Below are positions 15,384 through 25,671 of a stretch of 35,874 nucleotides of DNA, piece by piece; the stretch's first letter is position 1, and every line of letters begins with the position of its first letter. A program made the translations under genes and the position numbers. The notes beneath the pieces were generated by a model. The model was not told the origin of the DNA, searched no databases, and worked only from the letters and a program-made list of their open reading frames with translations. The stretch is taken from assembly GCA_900553245.1 (NCBI GenBank), contig USCP01000001.1, forward strand, positions 1 through 35,874. Direction: 5' to 3'. The stretch comes from an uncultured Peptococcaceae bacterium. Its GTDB lineage: Bacteria > Bacillota > Peptococcia > Peptococcales > Peptococcaceae.

Positions 15384-16917
15384 ATTTTGCGTAGTTAACT
15401 GTACGGGTTTCACGAATAACGACAACCTTAATTTGTCCAGGATATTCCATTTCAGATTCGATACGCTTCACAATATCATAAGACAATTTTGCACTCAAGG
15501 CATCGTCAATCTTATCTGGTTTTACAATAACGCGAACTTCGCGTCCGGCTTGAACAGCATAAGTCTTTTCAACACCGTCAAAGTCGTTTGCAATACTTTC
15601 AAGTTGAGTCAAACGCTTGAGATAATTTTCTAAGGTTTCACGACGAGCACCCGGTCTTGCTGCAGAAATAGCATCTGCCGCTGCAACAAGCACAGATTCC
15701 ACATTGCTAGGTTCTATATCCCCATGGTGAGAAAGAATCGCATTGATTACACCGGCAGGTTCGCGATATTTTCTTGCGATATCGCCCCCCAAAGTGGTAT
15801 GAGAGCCTTCTGTATCGTGGTCGATGGCTTTCCCAATGTCATGCAATAAACCTGCACGCTTTGCCAACGTTACATCCACGCCCAATTCTGCAGCCATAAG
15901 TCCTGCAAGATGGGAAACTTCAATGGAATGCTTCAATACATTTTGACCGTAACTGGTACGGTACTTTAAACGACCGAGCAACTTAACAAGTTCAGGATGT
16001 AATTGGTGAATCCCGGTTTCAAACACCGCTTGTTCCCCGGCTTCACGCACTGCCATATCCACTTCTTTTTGTGCCTTATTCACCATTTCTTCGATACGCG
16101 CCGGATGAATACGCCCATCAACAATGAGTTTTTCCAGAGCCACACGTGCCACTTCACGGCGAATTGGTTCAAAGCAAGAAAGCACCACAGCTTCTGGTGT
16201 ATCATCAATGATTAAATCAACCCCAGTCAAGCTTTCCAAGGCACGAATGTTACGACCTTCTCGACCGATAATGCGCCCCTTCATTTCATCGTTTGGAAGC
16301 GGAACAACACTCACAGTGGATTCCGCAACATGATCCGCTGCACAACGTTGAATCGCTCCTGCAATAATATTACGCGCTGTTTTTTCGGCATTATCCTTGG
16401 CTTCCGCCTCTTTTTCCTTAATCATTACAGCCAGACTGTAATCAACATCACTTTCAACCTGATTGAACAATTGATTCTTTGCTTCTTCCGCACTCAAACC
16501 TGCAACACGTTCTAATTCAAGCTGTTGCTTTTCAATCAATGCATTTAAGTCGTTTTGGGCTTCTTCCAATTTGTTTTCTTTTGCCAAAAGCGCATTTTCT
16601 TTCTTTTCAAGATTAGCAGATTTGCGGTCAATGGCATCTTCTTTTTGAACAAGGCGTCTTTCAGAATTTTGCACTTCTAAACGACGTTCCTTGGCTTCAA
16701 CTTCAGCTTCATTACGAATTTGTAACGCTGCATCTTTCGCTTCTACCAACGCTTCTTTTTTCAACGCTTCAATATCTCTGTTTGCTGCTTCCAGAATACG
16801 TTGTGCTTCTGCTTCAGCAGAACCAATCAATGATTCTGAAGATTTTTTTCGTACAATGTACCCGCCAATGCCACCAATCGCCAAACCTACAATAATAGCG
16901 ATAATAGCTTCGAGCAT
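15382..16917 (-). CDS. rny: Ribonuclease Y
   Basis: 511 aa. It has an N-terminal TM helix ([22 protein letters not shown]), a long coiled-coil, a KH domain ([15 protein letters not shown]) and an HD domain (LLHDIGKA). Confidence 0.95.
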   Translation of the reverse strand: MLEAIIAIIVGLAIGGIGGYIVRKKSSESLIGSAEAEAQRILEAANRDIEALKKEALVEAKDAALQIRNEAEVEAKERRLEVQNSERRLVQKEDAIDRKSANLEKKENALLAKENKLEEAQNDLNALIEKQQLELERVAGLSAEEAKNQLFNQVESDVDYSLAVMIKEKEAEAKDNAEKTARNIIAGAIQRCAADHVAESTVSVVPLPNDEMKGRIIGREGRNIRALESLTGVDLIIDDTPEAVVLSCFEPIRREVARVALEKLIVDGRIHPARIEEMVNKAQKEVDMAVREAGEQAVFETGIHQLHPELVKLLGRLKYRTSYGQNVLKHSIEVSHLAGLMAAELGVDVTLAKRAGLLHDIGKAIDHDTEGSHTTLGGDIARKYREPAGVINAILSHHGDIEPSNVESVLVAAADAISAARPGARRETLENYLKRLTQLESIANDFDGVEKTYAVQAGREVRVIVKPDKIDDALSAKLSYDIVKRIESEMEYPGQIKVVVIRETRTVNYAK

Positions 16918-16973
16918 AAACTCCTCCTTTCTTCAAAACTTCCATATTCAATTATTCATTACGGGACTAGGGT

Positions 16974-17005
16974 CAAAAAAAGCAAACCAACTATCTTGGT
17001 TTGCT
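16974..17005 (-). terminator. Intrinsic terminator inside the rny 5' leader, also downstream of recX
   Basis: A 10-bp stem (agcaaaccaa 16981-16990 pairs with ttggtttgct 16996-17005) with a 5-nt loop. It is followed on the minus strand by T7 (A-run 16975-16981). It lies about 60 nt upstream of the rny ATG. Confidence 0.7.
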
Positions 17006-17110
17006 CTTATTTCATGATAATAAAAAATGACAAAATGTTCCATTTCAAGTGACAAGCAACATCCATGTACATCAACCGTCAAAGCAATTACCTTACCATA
17101 GTCTTAATTT

Positions 17111-17139
17111 ATTTTACGCTGAATAGCAAATAGTGTCAA
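17111..17139 (-). promoter_or_regulatory. Consensus-like sigma-A promoter in the recX-rny spacer
   Basis: On the minus strand: TTGACA (17134-17139), exactly 17 nt of spacer, then TAAAAT (17111-17116). Confidence 0.6.
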
Positions 17140-17176
17140 GTTCTTTCCCTATATATAGCGTTTTCAGCCCAATAAA

Positions 17177-17605
17177 TTAGTACCTTTCCAAGCGCGATAG
17201 AAGGTCTGCACTATATCCCTTCCCATACAAATAACGCATTGTTTGTTGATAATTTTTTCCTTTTTGTTGACACTTATCAAATTCCTCGGAAACAAATTCC
17301 CATTCTTTGTCAATCGGAAACAGTTCTTCCAATACATCCTCAATAGTAAACATATCGATGCCTTTTTCCTTAAGTGTAAAAATCAATTTATGACGTCCAC
17401 AAGGATGAAAATGCAATTTGTCACGTACGAAAGCACGCGCAAATTGTTCATCATCCAAATATTGATAGTGATAGAGGTAGTCAATAATCTCATCGATTTC
17501 ATCTATCGCCACGTTTTTCTTCGCCATGTAGTCTCGCATTTCCTTTTCGGAACGCATACGCACTGTTAGATAACGCAACGCCTGCTGCTTATTTTTTTCT
17601 TGCAT
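17177..17605 (-). CDS. recX: Recombination regulator RecX
   Basis: 142 aa and helical-repeat rich (ALRYLTVRMRSEKEMRDYM...). It is immediately downstream of recA with a TAATG stop/start overlap at 17603-17607. Confidence 0.85.
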   Translation of the reverse strand: MQEKNKQQALRYLTVRMRSEKEMRDYMAKKNVAIDEIDEIIDYLYHYQYLDDEQFARAFVRDKLHFHPCGRHKLIFTLKEKGIDMFTIEDVLEELFPIDKEWEFVSEEFDKCQQKGKNYQQTMRYLYGKGYSADLLSRLERY

Positions 17606-18723
17606 TAAAGCTCATCCAAATCAACGTCTGCCAAAAAATCATCATTCAGCAAATCGTTCATATTTTCTTGAAGAATTTCCTCTTCTTTTTCTTCCTGAAC
17701 AGCCTCACCGGCGATTGCTGCACGAACACGTTCGTCAATTTCTTGCGCCACTTCCGGATTTTCTTTGAGATAAGCGCGAATATTATCACGCCCTTGGCCT
17801 AAGCGCTCACCCTTGTAAGAATACCATGAGCCACTTTTTTCCAGAATACCCAATTCAGAAGCAATATCAATTAAAGAGCTTTCGTTTGAAATCCCTTCCC
17901 CATAAAGAATATCAAATTCCACGGTTTTGAATGGTGGTGCCACCTTATTTTTTACAACTTTCACCTTGGTACGGTTACCAACAATGTCATTGCCTTTCTT
18001 GATGGCCTCACCACGGCGAATTTCCAAACGAACGCTGGAATAGAACTTCAGCGCACGCCCACCGGTGGTGGTTTCCGGATTTCCATACATTACACCGATT
18101 TTTTCACGAATTTGGTTAATGAAAATGACAATCGTATTGGTACGTCCGATATTTGCTGTCAGTTTGCGGAGCGCTTGGCTCATTAACCGCGCCAAAAGAC
18201 CGACATGAGTGTCACCCATTTCACCTTCAATTTCAGCACGCGGTGTTAATGCTGCGACTGAGTCAACAACAATAATATCTACCGCGCCGCTTCTAACTAA
18301 GGCATCACATACTTCTAACGCTTGCTCACCGTTATCAGGTTGACTTACTAAGAGGTTTTCTGTATCAACCCCAATATTCTTAGCATAGGACGGATCTAAC
18401 GCATGCTCCGCGTCAATAAATGCCGCAACACCGCCACGTTTTTGAGCTTCCGCTACACAATGCAAAGCCACCGTGGTTTTCCCAGATGATTCAGGGCCAT
18501 AAATTTCAATAATACGGCCTTTTGGCAAACCACCAACCCCAAGCGCATTATCTAAGGCAATAGAGCCGGTAGAAATGCTTTCAATTTCTAACTTGGATTG
18601 ATCTCCCAAACGCATAATAGTGCCTGCACCAAATTGCTGTTCCATCGCCTTCAATGCATGCTGAAGCGCTTCGTTCTTATCTTCATTTGGCACAATTTGT
18701 TGTTTTTTAGATTTACCGGCCAT
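17605..18723 (-). CDS. recA: Recombinase RecA
   Basis: I place the start at the ATG at 18721-18723 (MAGKSKKQQ...), 5 nt after GGAGG. It has Walker [10 protein letters not shown] and the L1/L2 loop regions, and the conserved body reads [10 protein letters not shown]...VVDSVAAL. 372 aa. Confidence 0.97.
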   Translation of the reverse strand: MAGKSKKQQIVPNEDKNEALQHALKAMEQQFGAGTIMRLGDQSKLEIESISTGSIALDNALGVGGLPKGRIIEIYGPESSGKTTVALHCVAEAQKRGGVAAFIDAEHALDPSYAKNIGVDTENLLVSQPDNGEQALEVCDALVRSGAVDIIVVDSVAALTPRAEIEGEMGDTHVGLLARLMSQALRKLTANIGRTNTIVIFINQIREKIGVMYGNPETTTGGRALKFYSSVRLEIRRGEAIKKGNDIVGNRTKVKVVKNKVAPPFKTVEFDILYGEGISNESSLIDIASELGILEKSGSWYSYKGERLGQGRDNIRAYLKENPEVAQEIDERVRAAIAGEAVQEEKEEEILQENMNDLLNDDFLADVDLDEL

Positions 18724-18724
18724 T

Positions 18725-19825
18725 TTAACCTCCAAACACAGTGTAGTTTCTTAACACATCATCATGATGAGCATACGCCAATTCAATCAGCGTTTCAATC
18801 ACTTCAATCAAAGATTTACCAGAAGCCTGCCACATCTTAGCATACATACTAATTGCAGTAAATCCCGGTAAAGTATTGACTTCATTGACCAAAATGTCAC
18901 CATGGTCCTTATCAATAAAAAAGTCTGCGCGACACATGCCTCGCAAATCCAAGATTTTATAAACTTCTTTTGCAATACGGTTTAATTCCTGCACCGTTTC
19001 GTCCGAAAGATTCGCCGGAACCTGTGTTACGCTATTATCAAGCACATACTTGGAATCATAATCGTAAAACACACCCTCAGTTACAATTTCACCCGGCGCT
19101 GCGATAGCAACATCATAGTTGCCAAGAACGGCAGTTTCGATTTCTCGGGCATTAACACCCTTTTCAACTAAAAGTTTACTATCATACTGACCTGCCAAAG
19201 CAAGACCATGCGCCAATTCTTCTCGATGGTGCACTTTACTGATTCCAACGCTTGATCCTGAACAGGCTGGCTTCACGAACATTGGATAAGACAATTTTTC
19301 TTCAATTTCATTGAGTACTGCCATTTCATTATTTTCAAAATCAAAACGACGTACCGGCACATAAGCAGTTTGTGGAATATCATGAGCTTTTAAAATATCA
19401 CGCATCAATACTTTATCCATTCCAACAATTGACCCACTCATCCCAGCACCGACATACGGAACACGACACATTTCTAAAAAAGCTTGAATATGACCGTCTT
19501 CCCCATAGGAACCATGAACGATTGGAAACACCACATCTAGTACCAATACTGGTTTGAAACAGGCAGCATCATAAAGCGTCGCACCCGGACGCTGCGGCAT
19601 GATTAGCTCATGATTGGCGTAATCCGCCGCATTGAAGGATTTCACATCCTCCAATGCAATAGGACCGTACCATTTCCCGTCCTTAGATACACCGATTGGG
19701 AAAATGTTTTGATAGCCGTTATCAACAAGCGCTTGAACGATAGTATTTGCAGACACACATGACACCTCGTATTCGCCGGATGGACCGCCAAATACAACGC
19801 CAATCTTTGTCTCTTTACTAATCAT
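18725..19825 (-). CDS. ddl: D-alanine--D-alanine ligase
   Basis: I place the start at the ATG at 19823-19825 ([22 protein letters not shown]...). It has an ATP-grasp fold with the C-terminal motif EVNTLPGFT. 366 aa. The ORF-track start at 19864 adds an implausible MHHHFCIVVGGCV. Confidence 0.93.
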   Translation of the reverse strand: MISKETKIGVVFGGPSGEYEVSCVSANTIVQALVDNGYQNIFPIGVSKDGKWYGPIALEDVKSFNAADYANHELIMPQRPGATLYDAACFKPVLVLDVVFPIVHGSYGEDGHIQAFLEMCRVPYVGAGMSGSIVGMDKVLMRDILKAHDIPQTAYVPVRRFDFENNEMAVLNEIEEKLSYPMFVKPACSGSSVGISKVHHREELAHGLALAGQYDSKLLVEKGVNAREIETAVLGNYDVAIAAPGEIVTEGVFYDYDSKYVLDNSVTQVPANLSDETVQELNRIAKEVYKILDLRGMCRADFFIDKDHGDILVNEVNTLPGFTAISMYAKMWQASGKSLIEVIETLIELAYAHHDDVLRNYTVFGG

Positions 19826-20310
19826 TACGCAGCCCCCCACAACAATACAAAAGTGATGATGCAAATGATTAAAGCTACAACAAATTGAATGAAGGATACC
19901 ACCGCAGTCCCGATTAAAGAACCTGCACTGGCACGCATTGCACTCTTTAAAGAACGATGATTTTTATATTCAGCAGCAATAGCCCCCAAAATTCCACCAA
20001 TGATACTTCCTTTTACTTGACCAAAGAAACCACCAACGGCAGTCCCAACAGTTGTACCAATAGAAGCTGAATTAGAGGCACCGAATTTCTTAGCGCCCAT
20101 CATGGTGCCATAGTAATCTAAGAAAGAGCTACCAATTGCCAATACACCAACAATTACCACAAACCAAATAGGATATGCTACCCAATGATCAAATATCCCA
20201 TAAACGAGCATACTCCCAAAAATAAGCCAAAAACCCGGAACCATTGGAACAAAGGTCCCAATTAAACCGGCAACCATTGCAACAATCAATAACCATGCGT
20301 AAACATCCAT
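19825..20310 (-). CDS. DUF456-family small membrane protein
   Basis: 161 aa with about 4 TM segments and a Gly-rich C-terminal half. The N-terminal pattern GLIGTFVPMVPG resembles DUF456/YqgC proteins from memory. Confidence 0.65.
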   Translation of the reverse strand: MDVYAWLLIVAMVAGLIGTFVPMVPGFWLIFGSMLVYGIFDHWVAYPIWFVVIVGVLAIGSSFLDYYGTMMGAKKFGASNSASIGTTVGTAVGGFFGQVKGSIIGGILGAIAAEYKNHRSLKSAMRASAGSLIGTAVVSFIQFVVALIICIITFVLLWGAA

Positions 20311-20311
20311 A

Positions 20312-21580
20312 TTATTCCTCCATTTTCTTTGCCGCTAAACAAATTGAGGCAATGATATGAGAAATCGATAAGCCACCTTGCATGTAACCAATAAACGGTT
20401 CACGCATCGGACCATCGATACTTAATTCAATAGAAGACCCTTGAACAAAAGTCCCACCAGCCATAATAACCGGATCATCATACCCAGGAAGTTGATCGTC
20501 GTATGGTGTTACATAGCTTTCAAGTGCAGATGCCGCTTGAATCCCTTGACAGAACTTACGTAGCTTATCTGGATCGCCAAATTCAACACATTGAATGATA
20601 TCGGTACGATGCTCGGTAGCCGTTGGAGACACATGATACCCCTTTGCGCCTAGATAAGCTGCAGAGAATACCGCTCCTTTCAGAGCCTGTTCAACAATTA
20701 GCGGCGCCATAAAAAGTCCTTGAAAAGCAGGACGATTGAAGTCCAACGAGGAACTTACATCTTCACTGATGCCCGGTGCAGTCAATCTTTCACCACTGGC
20801 TTCTACCAATTCTGCTTTACCGGCAATATAGCCGCCACGAGGTGCTAAACCGCCACCCGGATTTTTAATCAATGAGCCGGCAATAATATCTGCGCCAACC
20901 TCCAGAGGTTCGCGATCTTCTACGAATTCTCCATAGCAATTGTCTACAAAAACAATAATCTCTTCAGAGATACTTTTTACAATTTGGCATGCACGCTCAA
21001 TTTTTGCAATAGATAAACTATCGCGCCAATCATACCCACGAGAACGTTGAATAAGCACCATCTTTGTAGATGGAGAAACTGCTTTTCTGATAGCGTCTTC
21101 ATCAAAGTCGTTGTCTTTTAAAGGCACACTTTTATGGCTTATTCCCAATTCGCGCAAAGAACCACGCGCATGCTCATCCTTACCAATTACAGTTTGAAGC
21201 GTATCATAAGGCAGTCCGCTAATTGAAACCGCTTCATCGCCGGGACGCAAAACCCCAAAGAGAACCGTTGCTAACGCGTGTGTTCCACTTACAAGATTAG
21301 AACGTACCAAGGCTTTTTCTGCACAAAACAAATCTGCCCATACACATTCCAATACATCTCGCCCAGTATCCCCATAGCCGTAACCGGTAGAACCGTTCAG
21401 GTGAAAATCTGCCACCTGATTTTTTTGAAAAGCATTTAAAACCTTTATCTGATTGGCTTGAGTCATGTCTGTAATAGCTGCCCATTGAGGTGCAATGTCC
21501 TCTAAACATCTTTCCACTAAAGCCATGTCTTCATCGTTCAGATTTGCAAAGGATTTTAATTGATTCATAAAATATGACAT
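20312..21580 (-). CDS. PLP-dependent methionine gamma-lyase-like protein (aluminium-resistance / YnbB family)
   Basis: 422 aa. The length, its position directly after hflX (as in B. subtilis ynbA-ynbB) and a Cys/Met-metabolism-like fold support the call. Family recall only. Confidence 0.75.
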   Translation of the reverse strand: MSYFMNQLKSFANLNDEDMALVERCLEDIAPQWAAITDMTQANQIKVLNAFQKNQVADFHLNGSTGYGYGDTGRDVLECVWADLFCAEKALVRSNLVSGTHALATVLFGVLRPGDEAVSISGLPYDTLQTVIGKDEHARGSLRELGISHKSVPLKDNDFDEDAIRKAVSPSTKMVLIQRSRGYDWRDSLSIAKIERACQIVKSISEEIIVFVDNCYGEFVEDREPLEVGADIIAGSLIKNPGGGLAPRGGYIAGKAELVEASGERLTAPGISEDVSSSLDFNRPAFQGLFMAPLIVEQALKGAVFSAAYLGAKGYHVSPTATEHRTDIIQCVEFGDPDKLRKFCQGIQAASALESYVTPYDDQLPGYDDPVIMAGGTFVQGSSIELSIDGPMREPFIGYMQGGLSISHIIASICLAAKKMEE

Positions 21581-21587
21581 AGTCGAT

Positions 21588-23411
21588 TTACCACTTCACT
21601 TCATTTTTATACTCTTCAGGGAGGTACTCCCAGAAATATTTTTTTGCATCCGGCATTGGCAATTGAACTTCAACGACAGCACCGGTTTCGTCGTACTGTT
21701 CGGAAAGCACCTGACCATATTGATGCGCAAGCGCCATTTTTTGCCCTTGTGACTCATCAAATGGAAGATGTAATTCCAAAGTGATTGATTCAGACGTTGC
21801 CAAGTGCTTCAACTCACTCAATAGCTGTTCAATGCCCTCACCGGTTTTACATGAAATATAGCATTTGTGTTGATATTGGAGTGCTGCCGAAAAAATAGGC
21901 ATTTCCTCGCAACAATCAATCTTATTACATACTAAAATATGCGTTTTCTCTTGAAGTCCCAATGACATCAAGATGTCTTCAACAACAAGAATACGTTCGT
22001 CAATGCCTTCTTTAGACACATCAACCACATGAAGCAATACATCCGCATACTGCAATTCTTCAAGAGTTGCTTTAAACGCATCTAAAAGTTGTGTTGGCAA
22101 ATCTCGAATAAAGCCAACAGTATCACTAATAAGAATTTCATTCCCGTTATCGAGTTGCAAACGACGCGTGGTCGGGTCTAAGGTTGCAAATAATTGATCC
22201 GCCGCATAAATATTTTCATCGGTCAACCGATTAAGTAACGTACTTTTACCAGCATTGGTATACCCTACCGACGTCACTTGTAGACCACGATGATTCATAC
22301 GTGCAGACCGCTGCAGCTGACGATTTGTTTTGACATTTTCCAGTTCTTGCGAAATATGATGGATGCGTCTTCTGATATGTCTACGGTCGGTTTCTAACTG
22401 CGTTTCCCCCGGACCTCTAGTGCCAACACCGCCCCCCAGTCTGGAAAGCGCCGTTCCCATCCCAGTAAGTCGTGGCAAAAGATAATTTAACTGAGCGAGC
22501 TCTACTTGCAATTTACCTTCACGACTTCGTGCACGTTGCGCAAAGATGTCCAAAATAAGCACCGTCTTATCGATTACCTTTACGCCCAACCTGTCGCTCA
22601 ACATTTGATTATAAGAAGGGGTAAGTGCTTGGTCAAAAATCACCATATCTGCCGCTTCATTTTGAACAAGCATGGCAATTTCTTCTAACTTACCACTTCC
22701 AATCTTATGTTGATTCCCTTTCATGACCTGAACAACAACTTGTGCCACTTCAAGGCCCGCGGTGTCTGCTAACTCTCTCAGCTCTTCCTCAGCAATTTCC
22801 ACTGTATGTTGAGTACGTTGCTCCGGTTGTAGAATCAGAATCGCACGTTCTTTTTCACTGGAAGTCGCTATTGTTATTTGACGCTGCAACTCAGCTTCAA
22901 ATTCTAAAAGCTGTTCATAAATCGGAAGCGTTACAAACTCATCCCAAGTAAAATTTTCATCCAAAAGGATTTCCGCCTGACTCAAAGAACGTTCCACCGG
23001 TGCAAGCATCGCAACTGCTGCCCGAATGGCGCCCTGTTGCTCAGCAAGTGCTACCATGCAATCATAATGCAGATTTTGCATAGCACTCAAATCAGCATCC
23101 GACAATTTTGCTACACCACTCGGATGCGTGTGCACACATCGCACACCGGCATAGCCCAATTGCCAACGCTTCTTTTTGAGGTCAAATACAGGTGCCTGGT
23201 CAACGCGTCCAACAGAAACCAAAAGCACCTGTCCATTACGGTCAATAAAAACCGCAACCTCTCTTTTAATTTCACAACTGATGGCAAGCATCGCCTGTGC
23301 CAATTCGCCACTGACGATTTCTCCACGGGTCATCCCCATTTCGGAAAGAGCCTGTAAATCGTTGCACTGGCGACGACTCAAACCATCGATCTTTCCAACT
23401 AATTTTGCCAT
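21588..23411 (-). CDS. hflX: GTPase HflX, long form with a ~185-aa N-terminal extension
   Basis: 607 aa. The canonical HflX region begins near residue 186 (EKERAILILQ...). It has G1 GYTNAGKST, G3 DTVGF and G4 NKID. Residues 1-185 are additional (see findings). Confidence 0.9.
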   Translation of the reverse strand: MAKLVGKIDGLSRRQCNDLQALSEMGMTRGEIVSGELAQAMLAISCEIKREVAVFIDRNGQVLLVSVGRVDQAPVFDLKKKRWQLGYAGVRCVHTHPSGVAKLSDADLSAMQNLHYDCMVALAEQQGAIRAAVAMLAPVERSLSQAEILLDENFTWDEFVTLPIYEQLLEFEAELQRQITIATSSEKERAILILQPEQRTQHTVEIAEEELRELADTAGLEVAQVVVQVMKGNQHKIGSGKLEEIAMLVQNEAADMVIFDQALTPSYNQMLSDRLGVKVIDKTVLILDIFAQRARSREGKLQVELAQLNYLLPRLTGMGTALSRLGGGVGTRGPGETQLETDRRHIRRRIHHISQELENVKTNRQLQRSARMNHRGLQVTSVGYTNAGKSTLLNRLTDENIYAADQLFATLDPTTRRLQLDNGNEILISDTVGFIRDLPTQLLDAFKATLEELQYADVLLHVVDVSKEGIDERILVVEDILMSLGLQEKTHILVCNKIDCCEEMPIFSAALQYQHKCYISCKTGEGIEQLLSELKHLATSESITLELHLPFDESQGQKMALAHQYGQVLSEQYDETGAVVEVQLPMPDAKKYFWEYLPEEYKNEVKW

Positions 23412-23434
23412 TATTCACATCCGTTCGCTAATCA

Positions 23435-24019
23435 TTAGATACCAGGACGGCTACCTGGTTTTTGGATAGGCATGCCTTCCTTGCACATTGGGCAATCTTC
23501 CGGATTGTAAGTAGGGAAGCTCAATTGAATCAAAGATTTAAATGGCACCTTCAGTTTTAAGGTATTCCCAGGAGTACGGTCAATAATAGAAGTAGCCGCA
23601 ACCACTTCAGCACCTTTAGACTGTAAAAGTTCAACCACTTCTTGTGCAGAACCACCGGTGGTTAACACGTCTTCAGTGACTAAACAACGCGTACCTGGTT
23701 CTACGTGGAAACCACGACGCAAAGTCATCACACCGTTTTCACGTTCTGCGAAAATTGCAGGAACGTTCAATGCACGCCCTACTTCATAGGCAACTAGGAT
23801 ACCGCCGATTGCCGGCCCTACAACCATTTCAATGTTTTCGTCTTTAAACAATTCGCCAATTTCAGCGCATACTTTTTCAGCGATGCGAGGAAATTTCAAA
23901 AGTTGAGAGCATTGAATGTAATTGCCACTGTGCAAACCGGAGCTGAGTTTAAAGTGGCCACTTTGATAAGCACCGGTTTCAGTTAAAATTTGCATTAATT
24001 CTTCATTTGTCATTGCCAT
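23435..24019 (-). CDS. pyrE: Orotate phosphoribosyltransferase
   Basis: 194 aa with the PRPP-binding loop CLVTEDVLTTGGSA. Confidence 0.93.
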   Translation of the reverse strand: MAMTNEELMQILTETGAYQSGHFKLSSGLHSGNYIQCSQLLKFPRIAEKVCAEIGELFKDENIEMVVGPAIGGILVAYEVGRALNVPAIFAERENGVMTLRRGFHVEPGTRCLVTEDVLTTGGSAQEVVELLQSKGAEVVAATSIIDRTPGNTLKLKVPFKSLIQLSFPTYNPEDCPMCKEGMPIQKPGSRPGI

Positions 24020-24022
24020 AAG

Positions 24023-24748
24023 TTAATCCTCCAATACTGACATTTCCGCTAAAATCTTCTTTGTTGCTTCTACCGGATTGACCGCCTGTGTAATTGGACG
24101 GCCAACCACGATGTGATTTACGCCTTGCGCCATGGCTTGTGCCGGCGTCAAAATACGTTTTTGGTCACCCTTTTGTGCCCAATCCGGACGCACGCCAGGG
24201 CAGACCGTCAAAAAGTCCGGACGAGCCACAGCTTCACGAATCAATGGCACTTCCTTAGAGGAACATACCACCCCATTCAATCCGGCTTCATCGGTAAGTG
24301 CAGCTAAACGCTTCACGTTTTCTTCAACACTGCCGCTAAAACCAACACGCGCAATACCTTCTGCATCAAAACTGGTCAAAATGGTCACAGCAATCAATTG
24401 CGGTACATCAAGCCCTTTGCTTAATGCCCCTTCAGCAGTTGCTTCGCGTGCACGTTGCATCATTTCAAGGCCACCACCGGCATGTACATTAAACATGTCT
24501 ACACCTAATCCAGCCGCCCAACGGCAAGCTTGTGCAACAGTGTTTGGAATATCATGAAATTTCAAATCCAAAAAGATTTTTTTATCACGCTCTTTAAGCG
24601 CTTCAATGACACTACCCTTGGAATTTAAGAAAAGTTCCAGCCCCACCTTATAATAGCAGGCCGCAGAGCCAATCGCATCCACGAGGGCAATTGCATCTTC
24701 ACTATGGGCAAAGTCCAAAGCAATAATCAACTGTTCTTTGCTAGGCAT
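24023..24748 (-). CDS. pyrF: Orotidine-5'-phosphate decarboxylase
   Basis: It has the motifs IIALDF and FLDLKFHDIPNT. I chose the ATG at 24746-24748 (MPSKEQL...), which overlaps the pyrD stop as TAATG. An upstream GTG at 24758-24760 is an alternative start. Confidence 0.88.
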   Translation of the reverse strand: MPSKEQLIIALDFAHSEDAIALVDAIGSAACYYKVGLELFLNSKGSVIEALKERDKKIFLDLKFHDIPNTVAQACRWAAGLGVDMFNVHAGGGLEMMQRAREATAEGALSKGLDVPQLIAVTILTSFDAEGIARVGFSGSVEENVKRLAALTDEAGLNGVVCSSKEVPLIREAVARPDFLTVCPGVRPDWAQKGDQKRILTPAQAMAQGVNHIVVGRPITQAVNPVEATKKILAEMSVLED

Positions 24749-25671
24749 TATTCTTTCCACGCCTTCCCTACAATATCGTTAATATCTTCAATACCTTTTT
24801 CTTCACAATAACGTTCAATGCCTTCAAGCACCTCTAACGGTGCCATTGGATTTGCAAAATTGGCAGCACCGACAGAAACCATTTGTGCACCGGCCAAGAT
24901 ATATTCAATCGCATCGCGCCAATTGCAAATCCCCCCCATGCCAAGAATAGGAATGGATACTGCTTGCGCCACTTGATACACCATACGTACCCCAACCGGA
25001 CGGATAGCCGCGCCACTTAAGCCACCAGTGACATTGCCGAGCACCGGCTTTTGCTTATTTACATCAATGCTCATCCCCATCAGAGTGTTAATCAAGGATA
25101 GCCCGTCAGCACCGGCTTCTTCACAGGCTTTTGCAATTGAAACAATATCGGTAACATTTGGAGAAAGCTTCATAATCACCGGCTTATCAGTTTCAGCTTT
25201 GACAGCACGACATACATCCTGAGCCGCTGCGCAATCAGTTCCAAAAACAAGGCCGCCTGCATGAACATTAGGGCAAGAAATATTCACTTCATACATCACT
25301 ACTTCATCCACATCATTCAGTGCACGTGAAGCGGCAGCGTAGGTATCTAAGGTTCCTCCAAAAATATTTGCAATAATTTTGCAATCCCCTAAACGCTCGC
25401 GCATCTGCGGAATGTAATCTCGTTTAAATACGTCCGTTCCGGGATTTTCCAAGCCAATGCAGTTGAGCATTCCGGAAGGCGTTTCTGTAATACGTACACC
25501 GGCATTGCCCTTTTGAGGATACGCCGAAAGCCCCTTTGTAGTAATGGAACCTAAACGTTCTACCGGAACAAAGCGGCCGTACTCAATCCCAAATCCATAT
25601 GTCCCAGAGCAAGTAGACACTGGGTTCTTAAAGGTAACGCCGGCAAAGGTGGTTTCTAAATTTACACTCAT
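24748..25671 (-). CDS. pyrD: Dihydroorotate dehydrogenase, class 1B catalytic subunit
   Basis: 307 aa. It has the catalytic Cys context NISCPN and FMN-binding motifs GGI and GA. It pairs with pyrK through an ATGA start/stop overlap at 25668-25671. Confidence 0.93.
   Translation of the reverse strand: MSVNLETTFAGVTFKNPVSTCSGTYGFGIEYGRFVPVERLGSITTKGLSAYPQKGNAGVRITETPSGMLNCIGLENPGTDVFKRDYIPQMRERLGDCKIIANIFGGTLDTYAAASRALNDVDEVVMYEVNISCPNVHAGGLVFGTDCAAAQDVCRAVKAETDKPVIMKLSPNVTDIVSIAKACEEAGADGLSLINTLMGMSIDVNKQKPVLGNVTGGLSGAAIRPVGVRMVYQVAQAVSIPILGMGGICNWRDAIEYILAGAQMVSVGAANFANPMAPLEVLEGIERYCEEKGIEDINDIVGKAWKE

Noticed and set aside
18724-18900. A LexA (Cheo box) operator upstream of recA
   Set aside because: No CGAAC-N4-GTTCG-like palindrome is visible in this interval. 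This is an absence by visual scan only, so it is used as a caveat in the cluster finding and not as a feature.
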